Shown here in pieces: positions 49,124 through 59,358 of a stretch of DNA of 64,000 bases. Numbering within the stretch: position 1 is the stretch's first letter; every line of letters starts with the position of its first letter. Source of the stretch: Actinomycetota bacterium. Its GTDB lineage: Bacteria; Actinomycetota; Thermoleophilia; RBG-16-64-13. The notes beneath the pieces are model-generated. The model worked only from the letters and a program-made list of their open reading frames with translations, did not search any database and was not told the DNA's origin. A program made the translations under genes and the position numbers. The DNA is taken from NCBI GenBank assembly GCA_018830645.1, contig JAHJSA010000010.1, positions 2,394 through 66,393 of the forward strand. Reading direction: 5' to 3'.

Positions 49124-52006
49124 GTGAAGAAGAAACTCATCGAAGTCGCCCTCCCGCTGGTGGCCATCAACAAGGCCTCCGCCCGGGAGAAGTCCATCCG
49201 CCACGGCCACCCGAGCACCCTACACCTCTGGTGGGCGCGGCGACCCTTGGCGGCGGCGCGGGCGGTCATCTTCGCGCAGATGGTCGACGATCCCTCGGCG
49301 CATCCCGACCTCTTCCCCACCGAGAAGGCCCAGGAGAAGGAGCGGCAGCGCCTCTTCCACATCATCGAGGACCTCGTCCTCTGGGAGAACACCACCAACG
49401 AGACCGTGTTGCAGCAGGCGCGCGACGAGATATGGCAGAGCTGGCGCTACACCTGCGCTGAGAACGCCGACCACCCCCGGGCCAAGGAGCTCTTCGACCG
49501 CTACAAGCTGCCCGCCTTTCACGATCCCTTTGCCGGTGGCGGAGCGCTGCCCCTGGAGGCACAGCGGCTGGGACTCGAGGCCTACGCCAGCGATCTGAAT
49601 CCGGTGGCGGTCCTGATCAACAAGGCGATGATCGAGATCCCGCCCAAGTTCGCGGGGCGCCCGCCGGTGAACCCCGAAGCACGGCGGGAGCAATCGCTGA
49701 TCGCCAAGCCCTGGCGGGGCGCGCAGGGGCTGGCCGAGGACGTGCGCTACTACGGGCGGTGGATGCGCGACGAGGCCGAGAAGCGCATCGGCCACCTCTA
49801 CCCCAAGATCGAGATCACGACGGAGATGGCCAAGGAGCGGCCGGACCTCAAGCCCCTCGTGGGGCGCAGGCTGACCGTCATCGCCTGGCTCTGGGCGCGC
49901 ACGGTGAAGAGCCCCAACCCGGCCTTCGCGCAGGTGGATGTGCCGCTGATCTCCACGTTCATGCTCTCCACCAAGGCGGGCAAGGAGGCCTACGTCGAGC
50001 CGGTGATCGAGGATGGCGGCTACCGCTTCACGGTGAAGAGGGGGAAGCCGAGGGATGCCGAGACGGCGAAGATGGGCACGAAGTTGGCACGGGGAGCGAA
50101 CTTCCGATGCGTGATGTCAGGTACGCCGATTGCGGGTGATTACATCAAGGCCGAGGGCAAGGCCGGGCGTATGGGCGCGCGGCTGATGGCCATCGTCGCC
50201 GAGGGCGAACGCGGACGGGTCTATCTCGCGCCGACTTCCGAGCATGAGGCGGCTGCGCGCAAGGCGAAGCCCGAGTGGAAGCCGGATGTTGAGTTCTTTC
50301 AGCAGGCGCTCGGCTTCCGCGTCGGCAACTATGGCATGACGAGGTGGAGCGATCTCTTCACCCCCCGCCAGCTCGTGGCACTCACAACGTTCTCCGACCT
50401 GGCGCAGGAAGCGCGCGAGCGAGTGAGGCACGATGCGCAAGCCGCGGCTACGCGCGATGGTGGCAAGTCTTTGCCCGACGTTGGCGCCGCCGCGTCGGCG
50501 TACGCTGATGCAGTGAGCATGTACCTGTCCATCGCCCTCAGCCGGTTGGCGGACATGTGCAACGCACTCTGCGGATGGGAGATCTCCAAGACACAAGTGC
50601 GGCATTTGTTCACACGTCAGGCCGTTCCGATGCTGTGGGATTTCGCGGAGAACAATGTGCTCGGCGAGGCAGCGGGCGCCTACCTAGTGAGTCTCTCGAA
50701 CATGGCCAAGGCGATAGATCAGCTGCCAGCATCTAGGCCGGGAATGGTGAAACAGGCCGACGCCCAGGGTCAGGCCATCAGCCAGGATAAGCTCGTTTCC
50801 ACCGACCCGCCGTACTACGACAATGTTGGCTACGCCGACCTATCGGACTTCTTCTACGTCTGGTTGCGCCGGTCGCTGAAGCCGGTCTTTCCTGACCTCT
50901 TCGCGACACTTGCTGTGCCCAAAGGCGACGAACTCGTGGCTACGCCGGGCCGTCACGGCGGCAAGGAAAGGGCCGAGACCTTCTTTCTGGAAGGAATGAC
51001 GCAGGCGATGCAGCGGCTCGCCGAGCGGGCGCACCCGGCCTTCCCGGTCACCATCTACTACGCCTTCAAGCAGTCCGAGAGCGATGGCGATGAAGGTACG
51101 ACGAATACAGGGTGGGACACCTTCTTGGCCGCAGTCATCGAGGCTGGTTTCGCCACCACCGGGACCTGGCCGATGCGAACGGAGTTGGCCAACCGCATCC
51201 GCGGCATGGACTCCAACGCCCTTGCCTCCAGCATCGTCCTCGTCTGTCGCCCGCGCCCGGCCAATGCACCGACCGCCACACGTCGCGAGTTTACGGCTGC
51301 ACTCAAGGCGGAGCTTCCCGTAGCCCTCGCGCACCTGCAGCGGGGCAATATTGCCCCGGTGGACCTACAGCAGGCGGCCATCGGCCCGGGCATGGCGGTC
51401 TACACCCGCTACGCAAAGGTGCTCGACGCCGAGGGCAAGGCCCTCACCGTGCGCGAGGCGCTGGCGCTGATCAACCAGACCCTCGATGAGGCGCTGGCCG
51501 AGCAGGAGGGCGACTTCGACGCCGACAGCCGGTGGGCGCTCGCCTGGTTCGAACAGTCCGGCTTCGCAGAGGGCGAGTATGGGGTGGCCGAGACGCTCTC
51601 CAAGGCCAAGAACACCAGTGTGGCCGGGATGGTTGACGCGGGCATCCTGGCATCGAGCCGCGGCAAAGTGCGGCTGCTCCGCCCCGATGAGCTGCCCGCC
51701 GACTGGGACCCGACCACCGACCCTCGCCTGACGGCGTGGGAGATGGTGCACCATCTCATCCGGGCGCTCGAATCTGGGGGAGAGAGCCCCGCGGCCGCGC
51801 TGGTTGGCAAGCTCGGCACGAAGGCCGAAATTGCCCGCGAACTCTGCTATCGGCTCTACACCCTCTGCGAGCGCAAGAAGCGGGCTGCGGAGGCCTTGTC
51901 ATACAATGGGCTCGTGCAGAGCTGGCCGGAGATCGCGCGGTTGGCACGGGACGGGGGTGCGGCTGTGATGGAGCAGGGCGCGTTGTTCGACAGGGCCGAG
52001 GAGTAG
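49124..52006 (+). CDS. DUF1156-domain N6-adenine DNA methyltransferase (DISARM DrmMI-like / type IIG-like methyltransferase)
   Basis: N-terminus [48 protein letters not shown] (typical DUF1156 start); the catalytic [22 protein letters not shown] motif (D/N-PP-Y of N6-adenine MTases); 960 aa. Confidence 0.8.
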   Translation: MKKKLIEVALPLVAINKASAREKSIRHGHPSTLHLWWARRPLAAARAVIFAQMVDDPSAHPDLFPTEKAQEKERQRLFHIIEDLVLWENTTNETVLQQARDEIWQSWRYTCAENADHPRAKELFDRYKLPAFHDPFAGGGALPLEAQRLGLEAYASDLNPVAVLINKAMIEIPPKFAGRPPVNPEARREQSLIAKPWRGAQGLAEDVRYYGRWMRDEAEKRIGHLYPKIEITTEMAKERPDLKPLVGRRLTVIAWLWARTVKSPNPAFAQVDVPLISTFMLSTKAGKEAYVEPVIEDGGYRFTVKRGKPRDAETAKMGTKLARGANFRCVMSGTPIAGDYIKAEGKAGRMGARLMAIVAEGERGRVYLAPTSEHEAAARKAKPEWKPDVEFFQQALGFRVGNYGMTRWSDLFTPRQLVALTTFSDLAQEARERVRHDAQAAATRDGGKSLPDVGAAASAYADAVSMYLSIALSRLADMCNALCGWEISKTQVRHLFTRQAVPMLWDFAENNVLGEAAGAYLVSLSNMAKAIDQLPASRPGMVKQADAQGQAISQDKLVSTDPPYYDNVGYADLSDFFYVWLRRSLKPVFPDLFATLAVPKGDELVATPGRHGGKERAETFFLEGMTQAMQRLAERAHPAFPVTIYYAFKQSESDGDEGTTNTGWDTFLAAVIEAGFATTGTWPMRTELANRIRGMDSNALASSIVLVCRPRPANAPTATRREFTAALKAELPVALAHLQRGNIAPVDLQQAAIGPGMAVYTRYAKVLDAEGKALTVREALALINQTLDEALAEQEGDFDADSRWALAWFEQSGFAEGEYGVAETLSKAKNTSVAGMVDAGILASSRGKVRLLRPDELPADWDPTTDPRLTAWEMVHHLIRALESGGESPAAALVGKLGTKAEIARELCYRLYTLCERKKRAAEALSYNGLVQSWPEIARLARDGGAAVMEQGALFDRAEE

Positions 52007-52009
52007 GTC

Positions 52010-52190
52010 GTGCAGATTGAACGCCTTGAAATCAAGAACTACCGATTCTTCCGCGACGCGAAGCTTGAGGCTTTGCCCCGCATGGCGGTGGTAGCCGGAG
52101 CAAACGCTCGGGCAAGTCCACGCTGTTTGACGACACCCATGTGCTCCACAGGGGTGGACGGGGTGTCAGCAGTCCGCTTGACGGCTGGTA
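52010..52190 (+). pseudogene. decayed 5' fragment of an SMC/AAA-type ATPase gene (frameshift in the Walker A motif, then truncated)
   Basis: VQIERLEIKNYRFFRDAKLEALPRMAVVAGANA then a -1 shift to GKSTLFDDTHVLHRGG...DGW*. The intact sense would be ...VVAGxNxSGKSTLFD. The N-terminus resembles those of the 38201 and 39995 ATPases. Confidence 0.5.
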
Positions 52191-52349
52191 GGCTGCACAT
52201 GCAGTCTGTCGAATCCCAAGATGACACGCGGTACGGAACGGGTTCTCCTGCCGCCGCGGCGCTCGTTGGCCGATTTCGCCGTGGACGTGCTCGGTGCTAT
52301 GCAGACGCCCCGGGGCCGTGGCCTTTGAGATATGCAAACTGGGTAATGC

Positions 52350-52886
52350 TTGTTAGGCGCACTCGGGGCGCACACAAATGCACAGCCCGGCCGTCGTGCG
52401 CGAGCAGGGGCCTATCGCGGGTGCGACTTCGGACAGGGGGAACCGGCAGTGGCAGGACTCGTTAGCACGCTCGGCACGTGGCCAAAGGTCGACGGCTGGG
52501 TACTCCTAGGCTTCGTGTTCACCACTGCCGGCTTCGTGGTCGGGGTCGTGGCATTGGTGCTGACCAGTCTCATCTACCACTGGACGAATCGAACGGACTC
52601 GGATCGACACTCTGAACTCACGGACGCACTCCAGGTCACTCAGGACGCCGTCCGCGACCTATCGGCTCAAGTTGCTCCGGCGGAGGCGCACCTTGGGGAC
52701 CTGTCCGCAGAGGAAGAGCGGTCGCTGCGCGGTCTTCTGGGGTCAGGCGAAGTCGTTGTTCGGTGTGCCCGGTCCGGCTCCGGCAAAGGCAATCATCCGT
52801 GGCAGGCGGTCACCTCAAAGGGCCGCCTGCTGCAGGTGTACACTGGCGGTCGAAGAGGCGGAGTCCATGCCAGCGAGCTGTCCTAG
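52350..52886 (+). CDS. possible hypothetical membrane protein (low support; the true start is probably downstream of the listed one)
   Basis: Hydrophobic segment WVLLGFVFTTAGFVVGVVALVLTSLIY followed by a charged helical region; lower-GC stretch. Confidence 0.25.
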   Translation: MLGALGAHTNAQPGRRARAGAYRGCDFGQGEPAVAGLVSTLGTWPKVDGWVLLGFVFTTAGFVVGVVALVLTSLIYHWTNRTDSDRHSELTDALQVTQDAVRDLSAQVAPAEAHLGDLSAEEERSLRGLLGSGEVVVRCARSGSGKGNHPWQAVTSKGRLLQVYTGGRRGGVHASELS

Positions 52887-53956
52887 TGGCTGAGGCGCCC
52901 AACAAGCGTTTCAACTTGACTCGCCCGCACGTGTTCCGTACTGGAAGCGCTTGGCTCGTAAGTTAAGCGCAATCACGTTAGACGGACCTGTGTGAGGTCT
53001 TATGCCCGGGAAGGCGTCGCGAGTGGAAGTCCGATTTGAGTCGACTGCTGATGGTGGACGGCCAAACCCGGTCAACCTCGGTTCCGAATACCGGAAGGTC
53101 GCGGCCGCCGGTCTGCGCGCCGGTCACGACGCCTTCTTGGAGTACTTTGGCATCTGCCTGACCCAGGGTGCGTTGGCGCTCGCTCCTAGTGAGACGGCCA
53201 CGGCTGTGCTGACTCGCCTTGTGTATGAGCCAGGGTCGGAGATGCTGCTTGAAGCAGGCAGTTTTGCTCCATTCGAGGGGTGTAGAGTTGTCGCGCACGG
53301 GGTTGTGCTGGGTCTGGCGGACGGAGCCGTCCAACAAGCACATCGAGCAGTTGCCACTGGTGCGGCACAGCTCAGGTGCTCGACGTTAGATATAGCCTTG
53401 GAGGGAGGTGGTTGTGGGAACCTTCGAAATGCTGAGCAAAGATACGGAATGCTGTGCTGCTCTGGGCCGCATGACTCTCGCAGCCGCACGGTTGGAGTCC
53501 GATCTGCGCGTCTTCTTGACCCTGAACGGCGTGCAGGTTGGCGCAGCCGCAACTTTCGGCGGCCTCGTCAAGAAGCTCGGCGACAATGGCCTTCTCTCGG
53601 ACAGCGGTCTCGGAATCCTGCGCGGGCTCAAGCGCCAGCGCAACTACCTGACCCACAACCTCTACGGCCTGTTCGCCGCCCGTATCGACGAGGATCTCAT
53701 GACGCGCTGGAACTCGCGGATGTGAGTCTGCTTGCGGAGCGTGCCTGGGTGCTTGAGGACAATCTAAATGGCTTCGCCCAGATTGCGGAAGAGCGCATTG
53801 CCGAGTTGCAGAGTGGCGATCGAGCAGTCGGCGAGCTGCTCTTCAGGCCGTAATCACGTGGTGGGCAGACCTAACAAGCGGATCAACCCGCCTCGCTTCG
53901 CTCGCGGGCTATCCGCATAGGCGTTATGTCGACCAGATTCGGAGGCGTGAGCATTC

Positions 53957-55288
53957 GTGAGCATGTTCGATGGGCTCGAGCACGTCCGTGTCATCGGCGA
54001 GGGGGCCTTCTCGATTGTACGAGAGTACCGCACCAGGAGCTCTGGTGGAGCACTGGCGGTCAAACAGCTCAAGGACAGCCACGCGGGGAACGGGGACTAC
54101 ATCGAGCGGTTCAGGCGTGAAGTGGAGTTGCTGAGGGCCCTGGCTGGCACGCCTCACATCGTGGAGTTGATCGATCAGGAAGTGGACGGGCCAGTGTTTC
54201 GCTATGCGATGCCATGCGCGAGGATGAACTTGGCTGACTTGCTGCGAGCACGAAACAACCAGCTGGAGTTCTCCGATCGGTTGGCGCTCTTTGAGCAGGT
54301 CTTGGCTGGTATGAAAGCAGCCCACGCCAAACAAATCCTCCATCGTGACCTCGCCCCGAGCAACGTTCTGGTTTTTGGTGCCGGAGACAGCCTGCAGCTT
54401 GCCATAGCGGATTTCGGGCTGGGCAAGAGCCTTGCCGACATCGAGTCCGGAACACGTTCGAGCGTTTCCTCGCTCGGGCAACTCTATTTTGTGGCGCCCG
54501 AGCAGAGGCAGAGACTCAATAGCTCATCAGTAAGAAGCGACGTCTACTCGGTTGGGAAGATGCTGAACTACATCCTGACGGGTAAGGAGCCCGATGTAGT
54601 TCACCCCTGCAAATTCGGCGCGGTCTGTCGGAAGGCCTGCGCGCAGGATCCAGAAGACCGCTATGGGGATTTGAGCGAGTTTGAGGAGGAATATCTGCTG
54701 TGCAAAGACCTACAGTTGCGCCCGCTAACGCCTTCTGATCAGTGGACTATCCGGGAGAGACTGGCGAGTGATGAGCAGTTTGGGTGGCAGGAGTTCCTGC
54801 GGATGGCTATCGAAGGGAAGACGGACGATCACATCTACTATGATGTGATTGAGCCGACTATTACGTATCTACAGAAGGACGACAACCTTCAGCAGTTCGT
54901 TGCGGCTCTGGGTCCTTCGGAGAGCGATTTCGTCGAAGCTCTGCAGAAGCACCTGCATGAGTGCTATGGAACCTCTAGGTGGCCATTCTCCTCAATGAAC
55001 TGGTTCGGGGATTTTCTACTTTCCCTGTTCCACAACCTGCAAAAGCACAGCGCACGGTTGACGTGTCTGGAAGAGCTTTGGTTGCTGGCGTACACGATCG
55101 ACCAGTGGGGAGTGCAGCGGGATCTGTATGGTCTCATCAACGATGGCAAGATACCGGAGGACCTGGCTATTGACTTCGCGATGGCAATAGCCAAGAGCGA
55201 GATCAGCACACAGAAGCCGCAGTTCAGCAGGCGAAGCATTCATCCCGCCATACAGAACGCGATCGACTCACTCGCTTGGAGATCTTGA
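53957..55288 (+). CDS. Ser/Thr protein kinase (Hanks-type catalytic domain + uncharacterised C-terminal helical domain)
   Basis: VIGEGAFSIVREY (Gly-loop), ALAVKQL (VAIK), ILHRDLAPSNVLV (HRDLKPxN), IADFGLGKS (DFG), YFVAPEQ (APE). Confidence 0.8.
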   Translation: MSMFDGLEHVRVIGEGAFSIVREYRTRSSGGALAVKQLKDSHAGNGDYIERFRREVELLRALAGTPHIVELIDQEVDGPVFRYAMPCARMNLADLLRARNNQLEFSDRLALFEQVLAGMKAAHAKQILHRDLAPSNVLVFGAGDSLQLAIADFGLGKSLADIESGTRSSVSSLGQLYFVAPEQRQRLNSSSVRSDVYSVGKMLNYILTGKEPDVVHPCKFGAVCRKACAQDPEDRYGDLSEFEEEYLLCKDLQLRPLTPSDQWTIRERLASDEQFGWQEFLRMAIEGKTDDHIYYDVIEPTITYLQKDDNLQQFVAALGPSESDFVEALQKHLHECYGTSRWPFSSMNWFGDFLLSLFHNLQKHSARLTCLEELWLLAYTIDQWGVQRDLYGLINDGKIPEDLAIDFAMAIAKSEISTQKPQFSRRSIHPAIQNAIDSLAWRS

Positions 55289-55524
55289 AGAGATATACTG
55301 TCGTAGAACTCAAGCCTGCCTTGGCCGACTACCTGCCCGAGCTCCGCACGTGTAACTCTTGGACTCAGTCTCAAGTAGCCCGTCGGATTGGCTCGAGCCA
55401 GTCCCGGGTCGCGAAGCTGGAGGCAGCCGACGCGTCTGTTTCGCTCGATCTCCTGGTCAAGTCCCTGTTGGCTTTGGGGGCGTCGCGCGGCGAGGTCGGT
55501 CGCGTGATCAACCGGGCGGCATAA
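55276..55524 (+). CDS. XRE-family HTH DNA-binding protein (HigA/antitoxin-like)
   Basis: ELRTCNSWTQSQVARRIGSSQSRVAKLEAADASVSLDLLVKSLLALG is a classic HTH_3 pattern; overlaps the kinase 3' end by 13 nt. Confidence 0.6.
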   Translation: MEILKRYTVVELKPALADYLPELRTCNSWTQSQVARRIGSSQSRVAKLEAADASVSLDLLVKSLLALGASRGEVGRVINRAA

Positions 55525-55531
55525 CAACGGG

Positions 55532-56347
55532 ATGCACCAGGCTGCCGCTGCGCGGCTGCAGGTGATGCCGTCGACGTTAGCCAGACCCTCGGGGGGTGGC
55601 GTGCCCGGGCTTAGCAAGAAGGACAACTACTACGTGGTTAACCGGTACATCGGCGTGACCGGTGGGTATCTCGGCGACTTCTCGTACCGGACCCACGCCG
55701 AGTTCTATGGTGAGTACTGCGATCTTGACATCGACCCGTTCGTCTATGACGGGACCACTCGGGAGCGCTTCATCAAGGTGCTTGAGGATGCTGACCCCAG
55801 AACGCAGGCGGCGATTCTGTCGGGGGTCCTCGAGAAGTACGCTGAGGGGTCAGAAGCGCTGCGAACTCCCGAATCGCGCCGGCACGTGGAGGAGCTGATA
55901 GCGAAGTGTCTTGGCGACGCGGACGTCGGCACTCCGAAGCTCCGTATCAGCAGTGATGTCGTCAGACGCGCGATCGCCGACGCGCACACTCTCATGGAGA
56001 GCAGCGGTCCGACGAGCGCCGTAGACAGGGTCCACACCGCCCTCCACGGCTACCTCAAGGCAGCCTGTGACGAGGCAGGAATACCGCATCCGTCGGATGC
56101 AAGCATCCTCGGCCTCTTCAAGCTACTCAAGGAGAAGCATCCGCGTCTGCAGACGTTTGGACCCCATCAAGATGCGGTAGTTCAGGTTCTCCGGTCGCTC
56201 GGCGCGGTTATGGATGCCCTCAATCCTGCTCGCAATCGTGGCAGTATCGCGCATCCTAACGACGAGCTTCTCGACAGCCACGAGGCGGTGCTCTTTGTCA
56301 ACGCGGCGCGAACCGTCCTGCAGTATCTTGATGCCAAGCTTGAGTAA
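55532..56347 (+). CDS. AbiJ-like abortive-infection protein with C-terminal Abi_C (HEPN-type) domain
   Basis: The C-terminal NPARNRGSIAHPNDELLDSHEAVLFVNAARTVLQYLDAKL matches the Abi_C R-x4-6-H pattern of HEPN domains; the N-terminal region resembles AbiJ N-terminal domains. Confidence 0.55.
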   Translation: MHQAAAARLQVMPSTLARPSGGGVPGLSKKDNYYVVNRYIGVTGGYLGDFSYRTHAEFYGEYCDLDIDPFVYDGTTRERFIKVLEDADPRTQAAILSGVLEKYAEGSEALRTPESRRHVEELIAKCLGDADVGTPKLRISSDVVRRAIADAHTLMESSGPTSAVDRVHTALHGYLKAACDEAGIPHPSDASILGLFKLLKEKHPRLQTFGPHQDAVVQVLRSLGAVMDALNPARNRGSIAHPNDELLDSHEAVLFVNAARTVLQYLDAKLE

Positions 56348-56449
56348 CGATGCGGCAGCTGGCTATCAAGCCGCTCCAGACCGGCGCCGCCGCGCGGCGC
56401 GGCTGAGCGGCAATGGCGCTAGGCAGCACAATCAACACCGGAGGAGCAC

Positions 56450-57553
56450 GTGAAGACTCTCCCAACCGTAGTTGCGAGCGCGCGGCACAACATCGCCGTC
56501 GCCCTCGACCAGTTCGACGGGGTTGAGCGAGCGACGAATCGGGACGCCTTCGACTTCCTCTTTGAATCTCGGCCCACTCCAACGAGCGACCAGGGCCTTC
56601 TCGTCGTTCGATTCAGCGGCACGGTCATGGGAACTCGACCGGCCGACTTCGGACTTCCGCAGTACGATGATCGCGAGACGATGTTTCGGGTGTTCTCTGA
56701 AGCTGCGATTGGCGATGCGCTGGACGAGAAGAGCGAGGTTCCAATCGCGCTACCCGACCAGCCGGTCCACACAATTGACTGCTTTTCGCCCCACTTTCAG
56801 ATGTGGCACGACCGCCAGCCGGCGACTGACGAGGAGATCGAGCGCTACGTCATCGCGCATGTTTTTTGGGCGTGGCAGTTCAACTTTCCCAATTGGCGCG
56901 TGGGCCCATCCGACGTGCTGCGCTTGAAGCGTCCGTGGCCTGACATCCTCCGGATGATTGCGCTTCATGAGGGCCATGAGTGGGCGGTATCCAATCCCGA
57001 TGCTTCGGGCGTGACCGTCACACCATCAACCACCCTCATCCGTGATCAACGCCAGCAAGGCAGACCTGAAGCGAGGCCAGCTGTGGAGCGACTGGGGCCA
57101 GAACCCACACCCGTCCCAGCGCCAAGTCCGGCGGTGTTCGTGTACGTTGACGAATCTCGCATCGCCGACAACCTACGAGGGATCGAGGCACCCAACTTCG
57201 ATCTGCGCAAGCTGGTCGCACTTTGCGAGGAGTTGAATCAGTGCTATCGCGCTCAGTGCTACCATGCTGTAGCGGCGCTTACGCGAGTGGTGATCGATCA
57301 CGTTCCCCCGCTGTTTGGCGTGCGCTCCTTCATCGAAGTGGCGAACAACTATCCCGGTTCTCGCTCGTTCAAGGCGAGCATGCAGCAGCTTGAGACGGCC
57401 GCTCGGGCAATCGCGGACCAGCACCTCCACACGCAGATTCGAAACAGCGAGGTGCTTCCGACCCGCGTGCAGGTCGACTTCTCTCAGGTAGTCGATGTTC
57501 TTCTTGCTGAGATCGTCCGATTACTCCAACCACGAAATGGCGATGCTGCCTAA
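56450..57553 (+). CDS. hypothetical protein (defense-island cargo, unassigned)
   Basis: 367-aa ORF with good coding character; no family recognised. Confidence 0.4.
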   Translation: MKTLPTVVASARHNIAVALDQFDGVERATNRDAFDFLFESRPTPTSDQGLLVVRFSGTVMGTRPADFGLPQYDDRETMFRVFSEAAIGDALDEKSEVPIALPDQPVHTIDCFSPHFQMWHDRQPATDEEIERYVIAHVFWAWQFNFPNWRVGPSDVLRLKRPWPDILRMIALHEGHEWAVSNPDASGVTVTPSTTLIRDQRQQGRPEARPAVERLGPEPTPVPAPSPAVFVYVDESRIADNLRGIEAPNFDLRKLVALCEELNQCYRAQCYHAVAALTRVVIDHVPPLFGVRSFIEVANNYPGSRSFKASMQQLETAARAIADQHLHTQIRNSEVLPTRVQVDFSQVVDVLLAEIVRLLQPRNGDAA

Positions 57554-57643
57554 CAAGGCGCTGCACCCCACGGCCGCGGGCGAACGGGATGAGCGGCCGC
57601 GGGTGAGCGCCGGTCGTTAGGCCGAAGCCTGAGGGGGCGACGA

Positions 57644-58498
57644 GTGAGGGATGAGCCGTATTACTCGGTTCGTACGGGCAAGCACCCGACTGGGGGCCGC
57701 CTTGATCTCGATGGCCTCAAGCGCTTGTTCACCTCTGTCTTTGAGAGGCTCTCGGACGAGGGCTACTTCCAGGAAGTAGTCGGTTTTAACTGCGTCGACG
57801 CGGGTTTTGTCCCCGGGTCAGCAGGAGCAGACACAGAGGCGTTCTTCTTCCAGCACCTCAAGAAGCGGCACTTGTGGCCGTTGCCGTCGAGGGTCGGCCA
57901 CTTCTCGGAAGATGATCTGTTCGACGTGATGGAGCTTCTCTATGACGTGGTGTCCAAGGGCGTGGACGGCTATCACCACGATTGGAACAACTGCGGCTGG
58001 CACTATGAGACGTTCGACCGCTCCGCGGGGCAGGTTGAGTATCGTGCCGCGATCAACGGGATTCTGCGGGAGTACGACTGCGGCTATGAGCTGACCGCCC
58101 GCGGTGAGATCATCGCAAAGGCACCGCTGGGTTTGGCTGATCTTGAGCGGGCGCCTGCGCCTCCGGGGGACAGCCAAGATGTCCAACAGCGCGTCGCGGC
58201 GGCCGTGGACAGATTCCGGCGCCGCGGAGCAACCCTGGAACAGAGACGTGATGCGGTGCGTGACCTTGCCGATGTTCTTGAGTTCGTACGACCCCAAGCG
58301 AAGGCGGTCATCACCAAGAGGGACGAGGGCGACATCTTCGAACTGGCGAACGGGTTCGGCATCCGTCATCACAACGACAAGCAGAAGACGGACTACGACA
58401 AGGCCGTTTGGCTGAGCTGGATGTTCTACTACTACTTGGCCACGATTCATGCCGTCACACGTCTCATCGAGCGTTCGGACCGGACGTTCTCGGCCTAA
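57644..58498 (+). CDS. hypothetical protein (unassigned)
   Basis: 284-aa ORF; no family recognised. Confidence 0.4.
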   Translation: MRDEPYYSVRTGKHPTGGRLDLDGLKRLFTSVFERLSDEGYFQEVVGFNCVDAGFVPGSAGADTEAFFFQHLKKRHLWPLPSRVGHFSEDDLFDVMELLYDVVSKGVDGYHHDWNNCGWHYETFDRSAGQVEYRAAINGILREYDCGYELTARGEIIAKAPLGLADLERAPAPPGDSQDVQQRVAAAVDRFRRRGATLEQRRDAVRDLADVLEFVRPQAKAVITKRDEGDIFELANGFGIRHHNDKQKTDYDKAVWLSWMFYYYLATIHAVTRLIERSDRTFSA

Positions 58499-58716
58499 CA
58501 AGCCACTGCAGGCCGACACCGCTGGGCATCGCGGCGGAGCGGCAAGGGCGTTAGCACGATCCTTGATAGTCGGCAGCCCGTACAGCTCAGCATCGCGCAC
58601 GTCCATACCTTCGGCTGCTATCGTCAACGGGCCGCACGCGGCGTCGCCAGGTGCCGTAAACCTGGTACTTTGGTTCCGATTTGGCTTTCGGATACTTCAT
58701 CAACTAATGTGGGGAC

Positions 58717-59358
58717 ATGCGAACCATGTTGAACCAAGGCCTCAACGATAGCCAGATGAGGGCCGCCTACCACCGGAAGCGGTTGCAGCGCCACCATTCT
58801 GATCCTGCCGCCGTCGTGGTTGATGAACTAGGACTGCAGCACGGACGGTTCAGGGCGGACATCGCCGTTGTGAATGGTCATCTTGCAGGCTACGAGATCA
58901 AGAGCGACTTCGATCGACTTGACCGATTGAGCGCCCAGGTTGATGGCTACGGTGCGGTCTTTGACCGAATAACACTGATCGCGACCAGCAAGCACCTGGA
59001 AGAGGCTGTCGCGCTGGTTCCAGAGTGGTGGGGCCTTGTGTCGACTCAACAGGGACCTCGCGGGGGGATACGCTTCGCGACCATCAGGCAGGCCCGTCGC
59101 AACCCTGATGTCAATGACTTGTGCGTGGCGCAGTTGCTGTGGCGGGAAGAGGCCAGGGAAATCCTGCTCCACCTCGGGACTGAAGAGCGGCAACTGCGCG
59201 GCAATAGGGCGGCGCTCTATGGTCTGCTCGTGAGCCGCGTGAGTTCTCGCGAGTTGCGTGAGCGCGTCAGGGAGAAGATGAAGTCCCGCTCAGACTGGAG
59301 ATGTCCCGCACGACTCTCGCCAAGTGATGATTCGTTCCCACCCAACGCCATGTCGTGA
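58717..59358 (+). CDS. sce7726-family-like protein (restriction-endonuclease-like fold, tentative)
   Basis: LGLQHGRFRADIAVVNGHLAGYEIKSDFDRLDRLSAQVDGYGAVFDRITLIATSKHL follows the D...E-x-K Mrr-like arrangement typical of this family. Confidence 0.45.
   Translation: MRTMLNQGLNDSQMRAAYHRKRLQRHHSDPAAVVVDELGLQHGRFRADIAVVNGHLAGYEIKSDFDRLDRLSAQVDGYGAVFDRITLIATSKHLEEAVALVPEWWGLVSTQQGPRGGIRFATIRQARRNPDVNDLCVAQLLWREEAREILLHLGTEERQLRGNRAALYGLLVSRVSSRELRERVREKMKSRSDWRCPARLSPSDDSFPPNAMS

Noticed and set aside
53002-53853. ORFs 53002-53853 and 53408-53725 in the lower-GC spacer before the kinase
   Set aside because: They are overlapping alternative frames with no recognisable motifs or ribosome-binding sites, in a region that looks like decayed junction DNA. 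They are left unannotated.
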